A DNA stretch of 64,000 bases from an uncultured virus (IMG/VR IMGVR_UViG_3300011429_000010) (IMGVR_UViG_3300011429_000010), one strand, 5' to 3'. Shown: positions 28,098-37,644, counted from the stretch's first letter. The notes: generated by a model not told the origin, from the sequence alone. A program made the numbers and translations.

Positions 28098-30355
28098 CGT
28101 CGCACCCAATCCTGATACATTTCTTCTGTGGTATTTGGTGGTAGGCCATCCCGAGATTTTACGCAACGCCGGAATCCACTCGCCAGCGACTGCGGCCCGG
28201 TGTCTTCCCCCTTGTCAGCCACGACGTTCTGCAGATTCGGCCCGCGCGAGCTATCCCTGAGTGTCGAGGGGATCGGCACGATCTCAGGATGAATACGATC
28301 ATTCTCATCCATCCGCGTCAGCACGCCCAACGCGTACGTCGAATCGACCTTTTGGACCGCGCGAAAGTCCAACGTGGCGCTGTACAATGGATCCTTGGTC
28401 TCCGCGGCGAGGCGTTTCAGCGTTTGGCTGTCGGTGGTCGGCTTTTTGGTCTTACGGTGTGTTCCGGGGGTATGCCCAGCACGTTCAATATAACCGAGGA
28501 GCTGTTGCCACGAGTCTGGGTTGTACGGGATTTGCCAAAACCAGCGGTCAGCAGGCTGATATTGTGTAAATAAATGTTGACGAGATTGATCGTCAGACCC
28601 ACCCACGCCCGGTACTCGATCTCCAGCTGCAGCGGTGCGCGCGTTTTGAGCTTTTTTACAGTCATGCGATGCGCCGACGCCCACTTTGCCACATGCTCGA
28701 CAAATTCGCACGTCTGTATGTACAACGCGGTGGACAAGGGAAACGCCCTCGGCAGTGTAGGCTTGTTTGGCTTCACTTTTCCGCTTCCCTTTGGCCTTGC
28801 TGGTGGAGACGATGGATTCCGGGGGCTTGGCCGGAATTTCTTGGAGATCGGGGACGTTTTCATATTCGATCGTTTCTGGGCCGGTGCCATGATCCTCGAC
28901 CACGCGTTCCTTACGCTGCGACTTGGGCACACAGTTATGACTACCGATGACCGGGCTGGTCCCGCAAGTATCACAGCGATACGCTGTAGGCTTTTTAGCG
29001 TAGCCGGCTTTAGGTTTAAGCGTACCCTCGGCGCCAATGGTTTTGATCCGCTCCAGGATTTCCGTTTGCTTGGTTTGGAGATCGGCATGGAATTGTTCCA
29101 GGGCAGGGCGATCCACGGGGACGCCCAGCGCGCGGGAAGGTTGTAGGACGTAATAATCACGTTCGTGCCAGTCGTTGACGAAGACGTTCCACATGCCGGC
29201 GGCGTGGAGGGCCCGAAACACCCACATGCACGTGCGCCAGTTTTGGACGCCGTCCGCCGCCGCGTACTCGCCCTCGCGTTCCTTGAGCTTGCCCCAGTGC
29301 TTCCAGGCGCCGAAATCACTGGCGAGCGGGGCGACGAATCCTAATCCTCGCGGGATATCACTTTGTAAATATTTCCACGCCCACATGCCATCGTACGCGA
29401 CGATGCCATCTAATGTATGCCCGGCGGCGTGGAGCTTGTCCCAGTCCGCGTATTTGTTCCACAGCCAGACAAACCCATTCAGCCGCGCCAGCCCCGCGAA
29501 CAGCTTTTCGGTAATGGTAATGTAATCCCCGATATACGGCACCGTCCAGCCGGTCGTGCCGTCATTGGCGCCGTTAATCCGGGTTAGTGGGGACTTGGCC
29601 CCGGCAACGAGATCGATTTCTGATTCGTCACCGCCCATCTTTTCAAGATACTCCGTGTCAATAGAGGTATGTACTTGTTCGGGATTGGCTGCCACCTTTG
29701 CCAGATGGTCGTCCACCCAGCGGGCATACCAGTCCGTTCCAGGATCCACAACAAGATTAACAGGCGATCGTACGAAGCCTTTTTCGCTAATCGTCTTGGC
29801 CGTGCGGTAATCATTGGTGACAATTTCAAGGAGTGACATGGCACCCCGTTGTAAATGTGAGGGATGGAATGACGGGACAACCCAATAGCGGTCGTCAGGC
29901 GAGCGGGTGACTGTCCCATGGAAGTCTTTAACGGCAATGCCTTCTACTCCATGGAGATTGAGAATGGACTTCAGGGCGGTGGCGCCCAATGGGACCACCA
30001 CGGAGTTTTCAGGAACCTGCGCGAGCGTCTGATTCAAATACTGGCGGCAATGAGTCAGCGCGGGGTAGTACCAGCTCGCCTGTTCGTCAAACCAGTTATT
30101 GGGCGGCCGACAGCGGCAGCAATTGTCGGCGCGCGTCATTTCCCTGGTAATGCCGGCGCGCATACACACACGCGTGTGGACGCCTCCAGCCGCGCCAGTC
30201 AACGGTCTGCCGCTGAACGTCTCATCCTCGCCCAGCGCCTCGGCGACGAAGGTGATGCGCGAGCCTAATGGGCCGTCCACGGGCGCGTAGCCGGTGCCCT
30301 GGCGCTCCAGGACGCAGTCTGCGCAGCCGGCGGGCTTTTGAAATCGCGGTAACAA
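28085..30355 (-). CDS. Family A DNA polymerase N-terminal subunit: family-4 UDG-like domain + 3'-5' exonuclease + thumb
   Basis: CADC, AEALG, CRPPNN, HPSH (UDG-4); IDTE, WNKYAD, YAAAD (Exo I-III); RIHP...STLRDSSRGPNLQNV. Confidence 0.9.
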   Translation of the reverse strand: MLPRFQKPAGCADCVLERQGTGYAPVDGPLGSRITFVAEALGEDETFSGRPLTGAAGGVHTRVCMRAGITREMTRADNCCRCRPPNNWFDEQASWYYPALTHCRQYLNQTLAQVPENSVVVPLGATALKSILNLHGVEGIAVKDFHGTVTRSPDDRYWVVPSFHPSHLQRGAMSLLEIVTNDYRTAKTISEKGFVRSPVNLVVDPGTDWYARWVDDHLAKVAANPEQVHTSIDTEYLEKMGGDESEIDLVAGAKSPLTRINGANDGTTGWTVPYIGDYITITEKLFAGLARLNGFVWLWNKYADWDKLHAAGHTLDGIVAYDGMWAWKYLQSDIPRGLGFVAPLASDFGAWKHWGKLKEREGEYAAADGVQNWRTCMWVFRALHAAGMWNVFVNDWHERDYYVLQPSRALGVPVDRPALEQFHADLQTKQTEILERIKTIGAEGTLKPKAGYAKKPTAYRCDTCGTSPVIGSHNCVPKSQRKERVVEDHGTGPETIEYENVPDLQEIPAKPPESIVSTSKAKGKRKSEAKQAYTAEGVSLVHRVVHTDVRICRACGKVGVGASHDCKKAQNARTAAAGDRVPGVGGSDDQSRQHLFTQYQPADRWFWQIPYNPDSWQQLLGYIERAGHTPGTHRKTKKPTTDSQTLKRLAAETKDPLYSATLDFRAVQKVDSTYALGVLTRMDENDRIHPEIVPIPSTLRDSSRGPNLQNVVADKGEDTGPQSLASGFRRCVKSRDGLPPNTTEEMYQDWVRRWGV

Positions 30356-30799
30356 TTATTTCCCCTTCCGCAACACAGCCCGCCGCTCCATCAACAATTT
30401 CCCCAGCTCATTCGATCCAATCCCGTTGCACATGCCCCAGAAGGTATCACCCCAGGTGTTGCCTTCGATCAATTTCTTGGGATAGGTGTCCAAGAGCTTC
30501 AAGGCCAGCAGGCTGCCGCTCTCGAATTTCTGGTCCAGCAGCAAGGCCATGACCGGGACGCGCAAATCATTCCAGCCCTCGCGGAGGATAATGGACTGGC
30601 CAAACGACTTGGCGTCTCCTGCGTGCGGCATGAGCGCAATTTTCTCCCGCTGGGTCGGATCCAGCGTCTTGGCGGCGTGGTACGCGTGCTCCACGGTCAT
30701 GTACCACACGTCTTCGTACAGCACTGGTTGTGGGTAGAAATTGGACAGGAAACTGTACTCACCGGTGAACCGATGAATCGTGTATTTGATGGTGGTCAT
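30356..30799 (-). CDS. NADAR (YbiA-like) ADP-ribosyl glycohydrolase
   Basis: FLSNFY, TVEHAYHAAK, W...VM...KF, LIEGNTWGDTFWG, NELGKLLM. Confidence 0.92.
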   Translation of the reverse strand: MTTIKYTIHRFTGEYSFLSNFYPQPVLYEDVWYMTVEHAYHAAKTLDPTQREKIALMPHAGDAKSFGQSIILREGWNDLRVPVMALLLDQKFESGSLLALKLLDTYPKKLIEGNTWGDTFWGMCNGIGSNELGKLLMERRAVLRKGK

Positions 30800-31005
30800 G
30801 TTAAGGACTCAGGTTCGATGACCCTGATCGCGTTGTGGATATCGGTGGTGTACAGAAACACCGCACCAATATTCACGTTGCGCAGCGTGGCCACGAATTG
30901 GTCCACCATGTGCGCGTCCATCAAGGTTTCGTTGAGGACGAACAAATAGGTCTTGCCGGGCCTCAATTCCTTGGCCGCGCCCAGAATATTCATGATCACG
31001 TCCAT
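30796..31005 (-). CDS. Hypothetical protein
   Basis: 69 aa, coupled. Confidence 0.5.
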   Translation of the reverse strand: MDVIMNILGAAKELRPGKTYLFVLNETLMDAHMVDQFVATLRNVNIGAVFLYTTDIHNAIRVIEPESLT

Positions 31006-31259
31006 TAGATATATCCTTTCGCTGTGGCCACCAATTCAATGCGATCGACCGCCGCGTTCAATTCCTCGATCCGGTCAGCGGTGACCAGTATGGTGTCCCC
31101 CAACGCCAACCGCCCAAACGTCGCCGCGACAAACGCCATATCCGCGGTGATCTCCGGCTCCATGAACCGCTGGGCCTGTCCGCTGGCCTGCAACCGGGCC
31201 GCGGCGCGCTCGCCAAAGCGTTCTGCGTGATATTGACAGCGGCGTTGAAACTGGGTCAT
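31005..31259 (-). CDS. Hypothetical protein
   Basis: RBS GGAGG, ATGA coupling. Confidence 0.5.
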   Translation of the reverse strand: MTQFQRRCQYHAERFGERAAARLQASGQAQRFMEPEITADMAFVAATFGRLALGDTILVTADRIEELNAAVDRIELVATAKGYI

Positions 31260-31555
31260 GGCTTGTCCTCCCCCGGCAGCAATCGCGGCGCGTCCGGCTG
31301 AGACCATTTCCGCGTACACAACGTCCGCATGTCCGTCTCGATCGCGCCCGCGGCCACCGCCAACGCTCGCTTGGACATGGCAATGTCAAAATGTTCGCGG
31401 TCAGTCCCTGGATGCTGGATCCACTTGCGCGCCACGCCAATGCGATCCGCCATGGCCAGTAATTCCTCGGTCGAATCGGCCGCCATGTGGGACATTTTCA
31501 TGTTCCCGAATTCGCCGATGGAGTATTTGTACATGTCGTCTACGTACACGCTCAT
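31256..31555 (-). CDS. DUF4031-like protein
   Basis: VYVDD...MSHMAADSTEELLAMADRIG...WIQ...HFDI...RALAVAAGA. Confidence 0.8.
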   Translation of the reverse strand: MSVYVDDMYKYSIGEFGNMKMSHMAADSTEELLAMADRIGVARKWIQHPGTDREHFDIAMSKRALAVAAGAIETDMRTLCTRKWSQPDAPRLLPGEDKP

Positions 31556-32040
31556 GGTTTCCTCAACAGCTCCATCAACACCAATTCCGCCCACAGCCCC
31601 ACCCCTGGGTGCTTCGACTCCCGCGGGCCGGCGATATTCAGCTTGCGAATTTCACGCTGGATGATCCAATGGTGAACCATTAAACGTTCCTCCACGAGAC
31701 TCCCTACCTGACTCGTCCGCGGGATCGCGCGATACGGCCGATGCAGCGTCCGACACAACCTGAGCGTCAGGAAACTCCCCGGCCCGCCCAGATCCCCCAG
31801 CAACAGCGTCCCGTGGCTGTCCAGGACGTTGCAGCGCGTCCGTTGGTCATAACTGCCATCCGGCAACGCGACCAGCCCGTAGGGCCGGAGCAGCTCGGGC
31901 TGATGGCCCGCTTCGGTGAGGAAGTGCTGCGGCGCGGTGCCGCCGGTCTCATACCCCAACGCACGGCCGGCGCGCAGGCCCGCTTGGTCCACGCCGGTCT
32001 GGCCGCCGCTGATGAGGATTTCGAGGGGCCAATTAGTCAT
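31552..32040 (-). CDS. SLOG-superfamily (putative molybdenum carrier / cpYpsA-like) protein
   Basis: ISGGQTGVDQAGL, GGTAP, RTRCNVLDSHGTL, LNIAGPRES. Confidence 0.88.
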   Translation of the reverse strand: MTNWPLEILISGGQTGVDQAGLRAGRALGYETGGTAPQHFLTEAGHQPELLRPYGLVALPDGSYDQRTRCNVLDSHGTLLLGDLGGPGSFLTLRLCRTLHRPYRAIPRTSQVGSLVEERLMVHHWIIQREIRKLNIAGPRESKHPGVGLWAELVLMELLRKP

Positions 32041-33781
32041 GTCGCTTCCCCGTGGGTTTGAATTCCGACACGAAATCGACCATTTCGTAGGTGATGGTCG
32101 TGGACTTCAGCCGCGCCAACTTTAGCAAATTCTTCACGTCTCGCCCAGAAATTTCCGCGAAACAATTGACAATGGTATCGAGTTCATCGTCGGCGATCGT
32201 ACACCCTGATGACACCGCGAGCACGCGCCAAATCTGGGCGAGTTCCTCCCTGTTGGGCGTCTCGTAATCCAGCCGCGCTACACACCGACTCGCAATGGCA
32301 TCGTCCACGTCATCGGGCCGGTTGGTAGTCAGGAACATGACACTGGATTGATACTCCAACACACGCAGGAACACGCCGACGATGGCGTTTTGCGTCAGGT
32401 CATTGCCGCGCTCGTGAACGTACACGTCCGCCTCGTCCAAGAGCAACACCGCATTCCAACGGCCGGCGCGCGTGAACACCTTGAGTAATTCGTCTTCCAG
32501 GGCCGCGGGATCGATGCCCAGCTGCGAGCATTGCACCGAATATAGCGCGCATTGCTCGGATTCGGCGTAGACTTCGGCGGTCAGGGTTTTGCCGGTGCCC
32601 GGCGGCCCTGCCAGCAACACGATCGATCCCCCCGATTTCCCCTTGACGATATCGGTGAACGCATTGGCCTTGCTGTCAATGAGTAATTTGATCAGCGCCT
32701 TGCGTTCCGCCGACAGGACCAATTTATCCGCGAGTGCGCGATCGTACACATACTCGGTTAATTGATCCACGTGGACGCGCACGCGCTGGTGTTTCCGGAG
32801 ATCGAACACGGCAAGCAGCGGATGAATCGGAATTTTGGCGCGGAGTGGCACCTTGTCGCCGGGATCCTCTCCCTTTTCCACAGCTTCCTCGGCGTCGAGT
32901 TCCGCCAGCGCCTCGTCATCGTCCTCGTCCTCAGACTCGCCGGGATCCACCGCGACACACCGCCAATAATATTCATTGACATGCGGCTCGCGACGGCGAT
33001 CAGGCTCGCCGTTCTCCCAAAACACGTCCACGACCACACGGGCGGAATCGCCTTGGCGTGTTAGTTGAACATTGTCCTGGGTCTTCCACCACCATGAGCT
33101 GTCCCGCGATGCTTTATTCCCGTCCATGCCGTCCAGCCAACCTAGACCCTCGGCGAGGCACTGGGTGCCCACACGCGGTTGCAAATCAAACCAGCGCCGC
33201 ATGCTGGCGGTGTAGGGTTCGAACATATCCGTGGTTTCGGCAAACAGCCCCTTTTCGGCAAGGGCCTGGACGATGGTAAACCCTCGTACGTCCTGGTCAT
33301 AGAAATTGACGTAGGTCTCGTACAGTCCACCAAATCGTTTGTACACCAATTCGATATTGGTGAACGCGGGATGGTGTCGTTCCCCGGTTTGCTCCGGGTG
33401 GTACTCCAGCTCATTGACATGGTACGGCACCCACGTTTGGTCGTTGGCGTCCTGCCGGTACACCCAGTGCTTGGGCACTTTCGCCAGATACGCCCGCGCG
33501 AGATCGTAAAATTGTCGCACGCTCCGTGGTTTGCGATCGGCGGCGCCGCTTTTCAGCGTCTCCTGCCACACACGGACGTCGCGGAGTAAGACCCCCGCGC
33601 CACGCTTGGCCTTGTGCGCCTCGAATAACTGAGCTAACGCTTCGATATCGGCCGCGGGAAGATCCGCCAATTTGATGGTTTTGGCGTCACCCCAGCGCCA
33701 TTCGTCTTTATCCAAGCCCCAGGCTTTGAATTTGGCGAAGCCGATGGATTCGGCCAAGGTTTTCTTGACGCGGATTTCCAT
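32033..33781 (-). CDS. AAA+ ATPase
   Basis: GPPGTGKT, LLDEADV, FLRVLEY, LTTNR, SR finger. Confidence 0.9.
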   Translation of the reverse strand: MEIRVKKTLAESIGFAKFKAWGLDKDEWRWGDAKTIKLADLPAADIEALAQLFEAHKAKRGAGVLLRDVRVWQETLKSGAADRKPRSVRQFYDLARAYLAKVPKHWVYRQDANDQTWVPYHVNELEYHPEQTGERHHPAFTNIELVYKRFGGLYETYVNFYDQDVRGFTIVQALAEKGLFAETTDMFEPYTASMRRWFDLQPRVGTQCLAEGLGWLDGMDGNKASRDSSWWWKTQDNVQLTRQGDSARVVVDVFWENGEPDRRREPHVNEYYWRCVAVDPGESEDEDDDEALAELDAEEAVEKGEDPGDKVPLRAKIPIHPLLAVFDLRKHQRVRVHVDQLTEYVYDRALADKLVLSAERKALIKLLIDSKANAFTDIVKGKSGGSIVLLAGPPGTGKTLTAEVYAESEQCALYSVQCSQLGIDPAALEDELLKVFTRAGRWNAVLLLDEADVYVHERGNDLTQNAIVGVFLRVLEYQSSVMFLTTNRPDDVDDAIASRCVARLDYETPNREELAQIWRVLAVSSGCTIADDELDTIVNCFAEISGRDVKNLLKLARLKSTTITYEMVDFVSEFKPTGKRHD

Positions 33782-33982
33782 CAGCGCAACGCCCCTGCCA
33801 TCCGTGCGATCGTCGTATCGTAATCAGGCTTGGTCATGGTGTCCTCGTGTGATCCTCACCGCCGCAATGCTCCGCGCAGTAGAACCGCCCCGACATGTAC
33901 CCGGCGGCATACCCGAGTTTGTACGCCCCGTTCAGGCCCAGCCAGACGATTAGCGCCAGCGCGACCAAGAATAACCAATGAT

Positions 33983-34258
33983 TCACGATTTCACCCCCAG
34001 CAGCAAAATCGGCGGCAGCACCAGCGGCGGTTCCCTGGGTGGCACCTTGGTCAGCCCCACATCCAGATACCCTTTGACAATCGATTGATCATCTTCCCAC
34101 TGGACGTCATATTGCCACGGTGGCGGTGGGGCCCCCTGGTTGCCCGACGCCGGCCCCCGCCAGCACTTGATCACCGTACCATACCTGAACCCATCCTCCA
34201 TAATACGCCATGGCCGGCGCACCCGATCACCAACCTGCAACGTCTGTTCACGAGTCAT
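33983..34258 (-). CDS. Small SH3-like hypothetical protein
   Basis: LQVGDRV...GTVI...YDVQWED. Confidence 0.5.
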   Translation of the reverse strand: MTREQTLQVGDRVRRPWRIMEDGFRYGTVIKCWRGPASGNQGAPPPPWQYDVQWEDDQSIVKGYLDVGLTKVPPREPPLVLPPILLLGVKS

Positions 34259-34428
34259 GTGGGATCCTCGTCATCCTTCGCCAGCGCCGCTACCAATTTC
34301 CGCATCGCCAACCCCAGCTCAATAATCGCGCGCGTGCCGCGCCTCACCCAATACAGGATCCACAGCAATAGGATCAACTGCATCAGGGGCAGCAGGAAAA
34401 TGTACAAAATATATACCACGGTCGCCAT
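34255..34428 (-). CDS. Small membrane protein
   Basis: Long hydrophobic N-terminal helix. Confidence 0.45.
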   Translation of the reverse strand: MATVVYILYIFLLPLMQLILLLWILYWVRRGTRAIIELGLAMRKLVAALAKDDEDPT

Positions 34429-34429
34429 T

Positions 34430-34636
34430 TCAAACGTCCCACTTCGATCGCCGCGGCGTCCGCCCGCGCTCCGCCTCGACTTCCCTGGCGCGCGTCCCGC
34501 CCCGGCTGCGCTCGTCAAACGTGAATTGGTGTTTGCTGCGCGCCATGGATGAATTACGCCGGTTAATCACGCTGACTTGCTCTGGCGTCAGCACGTGTTC
34601 ATAGCGCCGCTTGGGCCGTGCGCGAGCACACATCAT
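34430..34636 (-). CDS. Small basic protein
   Basis: 68 aa, ATGA coupling. Confidence 0.4.
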   Translation of the reverse strand: MMCARARPKRRYEHVLTPEQVSVINRRNSSMARSKHQFTFDERSRGGTRAREVEAERGRTPRRSKWDV

Positions 34637-35166
34637 GGTTGCGACGTCCCCAATTCCTTGACCGCCTCGACTAATTCAGCCAGCGCCGCGTCCAGCACTT
34701 TCAGCTGGGCCAGCTCCATGTGGAGCTTGTGGCGCCGCTCCAGTACCGCATACGCATCCGCTACCCGCGTGGCATATTTCACCACCCGAAACAGCGGGCT
34801 GGTAAAATCAGCATGAATGGCCTCATAGAGCTTGTGATAAATATGTAGGTCGGCTGGATCGAGTGCCATGGTGGTTTCCTGTTGTATTGGTGACGCTTGG
34901 TGGGCGGGGACGGGGACGGGATCAGGCGTCATGGCGTTAGCGGCTTCTCGCAGGAGACGTTGCGTGCCTTTTCGCCAGCCCGTCGCATCGCCCATCATGT
35001 CCGCCCACCAGCGCAGATCCGTCGCGATCTGCTCGTGCGATCGGGCGGGCGGGATCGGGGCGTCGGGGGATGCGGGATCAGGCGTCATCGCGGTGACTCT
35101 CCCAGATCCACCGCACTGCGGACAGGTTTCACGGGCGGGCGGGATCGGGGCGTCGTCAGACATCAC
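34633..35166 (-). CDS. Mosaic hypothetical protein with internal repeats
   Basis: DAPIPPAR twice, AMTPDP twice, CPQCGGSG; may be two genes (internal GGA...ATG near 34870). Confidence 0.5.
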   Translation of the reverse strand: MMSDDAPIPPARETCPQCGGSGRVTAMTPDPASPDAPIPPARSHEQIATDLRWWADMMGDATGWRKGTQRLLREAANAMTPDPVPVPAHQASPIQQETTMALDPADLHIYHKLYEAIHADFTSPLFRVVKYATRVADAYAVLERRHKLHMELAQLKVLDAALAELVEAVKELGTSQP

Positions 35167-35372
35167 CCCTTCCTCAAATACACCCGCACGTCCTGAAATT
35201 CCATGGCCTCGCCGTCTACCGTCGCCCGTCCTGCCTTAGTGATCCACGCCTCAGCGACCGTGTGTCCGGTGGCATGTGGCATGGTTGGCAGGTAGTCCCT
35301 GGCAATTTTCAACCCCGGCGACCTGTAAGTCTCCGCAAAGGTAATGGTAGGCTTTTTCGTCAACGCTGCCAT
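35163..35372 (-). CDS. Hypothetical protein
   Basis: 69 aa, RBS GGAAGG. Confidence 0.5.
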   Translation of the reverse strand: MAALTKKPTITFAETYRSPGLKIARDYLPTMPHATGHTVAEAWITKAGRATVDGEAMEFQDVRVYLRKG

Positions 35373-35428
35373 GGTTTACCTTCCGTACGTACCCTAGTTA
35401 ACTAATAGTACATGCGTCGATCGAGGAA

Positions 35429-35575
35429 TTATTTGTCACGCGTTCCGAACCGTCCCAACGCCTCCGCAAACTCTGCGAAGATCGCCACGACGCCAACCAC
35501 CACCACGAGGGAGGCGACAAAGGTGAACGGACCACCATTGGCGATCAACCATTGGAGAAATTGCCAGATGTTCAT
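35429..35575 (-). CDS. Small membrane protein (48 aa)
   Basis: Read manually: MNIWQFLQWLIANGGPFTFVASLVVVVGVVAIFAEF... Confidence 0.45.
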   Translation of the reverse strand: MNIWQFLQWLIANGGPFTFVASLVVVVGVVAIFAEFAEALGRFGTRDK

Positions 35576-35577
35576 AG

Positions 35578-37416
35578 TTACAACCATGGGCGAATAGCCG
35601 GATTGGTATTAATCCGCTGCACGAACCCACTCTGACTGCCCACCAACCGCAACCCCCCCGGCGTCCGTGCCCGTGACAACGCCACGAACATCATCTGGGC
35701 CTGCCCGAAAAATGAATCCCTGAAATTCACCTGGACGCGGTCCAGACTCAGCCCCTGTGACTTGTGACAGGTCGTGCCCCACGCCAGCCGCAGCGGCATG
35801 TACGTCAGCGCGCCGGCAATCTCATATTTATCCTTGATCTTGTCCATCTGGCCCGACTCGCGCAATTCCTTGCGGCGTCCCGGCTCCAGCGGCAGCAAGA
35901 CTTCTCGCGTGACGAACTTGACCGGTACCACGCACCCGGTGCGGTCCAATCTCACAAACGCCAGCGCCCTGGCGCCCTCGCCCTGTACATCTTCCAGCGT
36001 GCCGGCGTCCCCGTTGCAGTAAATCATCTGCCCCGGCCCGTCCTCGTCCAGCCCCATCGTACGCCGGTTGGCCAGAATCATCACCCGCGCTTGAGTTTTG
36101 ATGGCGAGCCTTTCGGGGATGTTTTTCCAGTCGGGGTCGGTTTTGCCCCACCGCGTAGACGTGAATTCGACGGTATCACCCGCGCACGCGTCCAGCCGCA
36201 GCGTGTTGTATCGATCCACTGCATCATTCTTGGCGAAAATAGTCGTGCCATCGAACATCTGATCCGTGTGGTCACTGAATTTGTCGGCGGTGAAATACTG
36301 CATGGCCTTGACGGTGTCGCCCTCGCGGATCGCGTGAAGCGCCTCGATAAACGGCCGGTCGGTCTGCCGTTTAATCGTCTTGAGGATCACCCGGTGCTCG
36401 GCATAGCGTTTCCACTCCGCCGACTCAAACGCAAATGGCGCCTTGACCGGCGGTAGCTGGCCGAAGTCACCGACGAGGATCAATCCCAGTGGCGGGAGAT
36501 CCTTGCCGCTGTTGGCGCGCTCGTCTTCCTCATTCTCAAAGCTGACCCCGATATCCTCCAGCGATTTATTCTGGTTCGCCTCGTCAATGGCGCGCGTCAG
36601 GAATGTCAGCTGGTGTCCGTCCAGCATGGATTTCTCGTCCAGCAGGATCCGCCGCAGCCCCGCCTTGCGCCGCCTGCGCAGGATGGTCTGCAGAAACCCC
36701 ATGGTGAACATTTCCCGCAACGAGTCGGTGTTGTAGTACCCGATCAACGAATTGATGGTCTGGCCCTCACCCAGGTTGACGGCGGCGATGCCGGTTGTGG
36801 ACGTCAGCACGAGCCCCGCCATACGCTCCGCGAGCGTACGCGCGAGGAAGGTTTTGCCGACGCCGGCTGTGCCTGACACATCAACAAATAGGTGCTTTTG
36901 GATCTCCTCCATGGCCGCCTCTTGTTCGGCGTCAGGAACCAGAATAATTTCCGCCTCAGGGACGGGCTCGGGTAGCGGAGGGGCTTGAATATCGGAAGGC
37001 GCCTGAATGTGGGTGATGATGCCTGTTTGGCGCGGCGTCGGCGCGAAGGGGTCGGGGAAGTAGATCGCCCCGACCGGTCGTACCGATCCGCTGACAGGGT
37101 CAGACTGGAACACCGGCACTGGTGGTCGCGCTGGCCGCTTGGTCTCCCGATCGTCGTCCAGGTATGGTTGGGTGACTGGCCGTGCCGCCGTGGCGAACCT
37201 GCCGGGCGGCAGGCCCATGGCAGACGCTGTGGCGGGCTCTGGTAGGAACGATTCGACTATATCAGGGCCGCGGACTTCGCGCAGTACCACCATGTCGCCG
37301 TCACGCCGCACCCGTGGGACGTTCGGGATCTCCTCGACGTCCGGCCCCTCATCCTCCAGTGGGGCGTACGCGTCGGTGCGCCACGTCTCGTCATGGCCGT
37401 CTACGTGGGCGCTCAT
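35578..37416 (-). CDS. PIF1/RecD-like SF1B DNA helicase
   Basis: GTAGVGKT, TTGIAA, LDEKSM, GDFGQLPPV, KRQ, CHKSQGLSLD, VALSRAR; Pro-rich N-terminal extension. Confidence 0.92.
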   Translation of the reverse strand: MSAHVDGHDETWRTDAYAPLEDEGPDVEEIPNVPRVRRDGDMVVLREVRGPDIVESFLPEPATASAMGLPPGRFATAARPVTQPYLDDDRETKRPARPPVPVFQSDPVSGSVRPVGAIYFPDPFAPTPRQTGIITHIQAPSDIQAPPLPEPVPEAEIILVPDAEQEAAMEEIQKHLFVDVSGTAGVGKTFLARTLAERMAGLVLTSTTGIAAVNLGEGQTINSLIGYYNTDSLREMFTMGFLQTILRRRRKAGLRRILLDEKSMLDGHQLTFLTRAIDEANQNKSLEDIGVSFENEEDERANSGKDLPPLGLILVGDFGQLPPVKAPFAFESAEWKRYAEHRVILKTIKRQTDRPFIEALHAIREGDTVKAMQYFTADKFSDHTDQMFDGTTIFAKNDAVDRYNTLRLDACAGDTVEFTSTRWGKTDPDWKNIPERLAIKTQARVMILANRRTMGLDEDGPGQMIYCNGDAGTLEDVQGEGARALAFVRLDRTGCVVPVKFVTREVLLPLEPGRRKELRESGQMDKIKDKYEIAGALTYMPLRLAWGTTCHKSQGLSLDRVQVNFRDSFFGQAQMMFVALSRARTPGGLRLVGSQSGFVQRINTNPAIRPWL

Positions 37417-37619
37417 CGTTTGGCCTCACGTCCACCTTTTGACCGTTTGAATGTGCTGGGGGTTTTGTACAACGTGCCGAATTTCGCCTCCAGCGGCGCC
37501 CAGTCCACCGGCGGACAGGGCGTCGTGGGTCTGACGGGAAACGCGTTCAGGACGCGATAGTTTTCCCACCATGCCCTGGCAGCGGCGCGATCGGTGTCGG
37601 GTAAATGAATCAGGCCCAT
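37413..37619 (-). CDS. Hypothetical protein
   Basis: 68 aa, RBS AAGGA, ATGA coupling. Confidence 0.45.
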   Translation of the reverse strand: MGLIHLPDTDRAAARAWWENYRVLNAFPVRPTTPCPPVDWAPLEAKFGTLYKTPSTFKRSKGGREAKR

Positions 37620-37644
37620 ACATATCCTTGCTTGCTTGCGGTTA

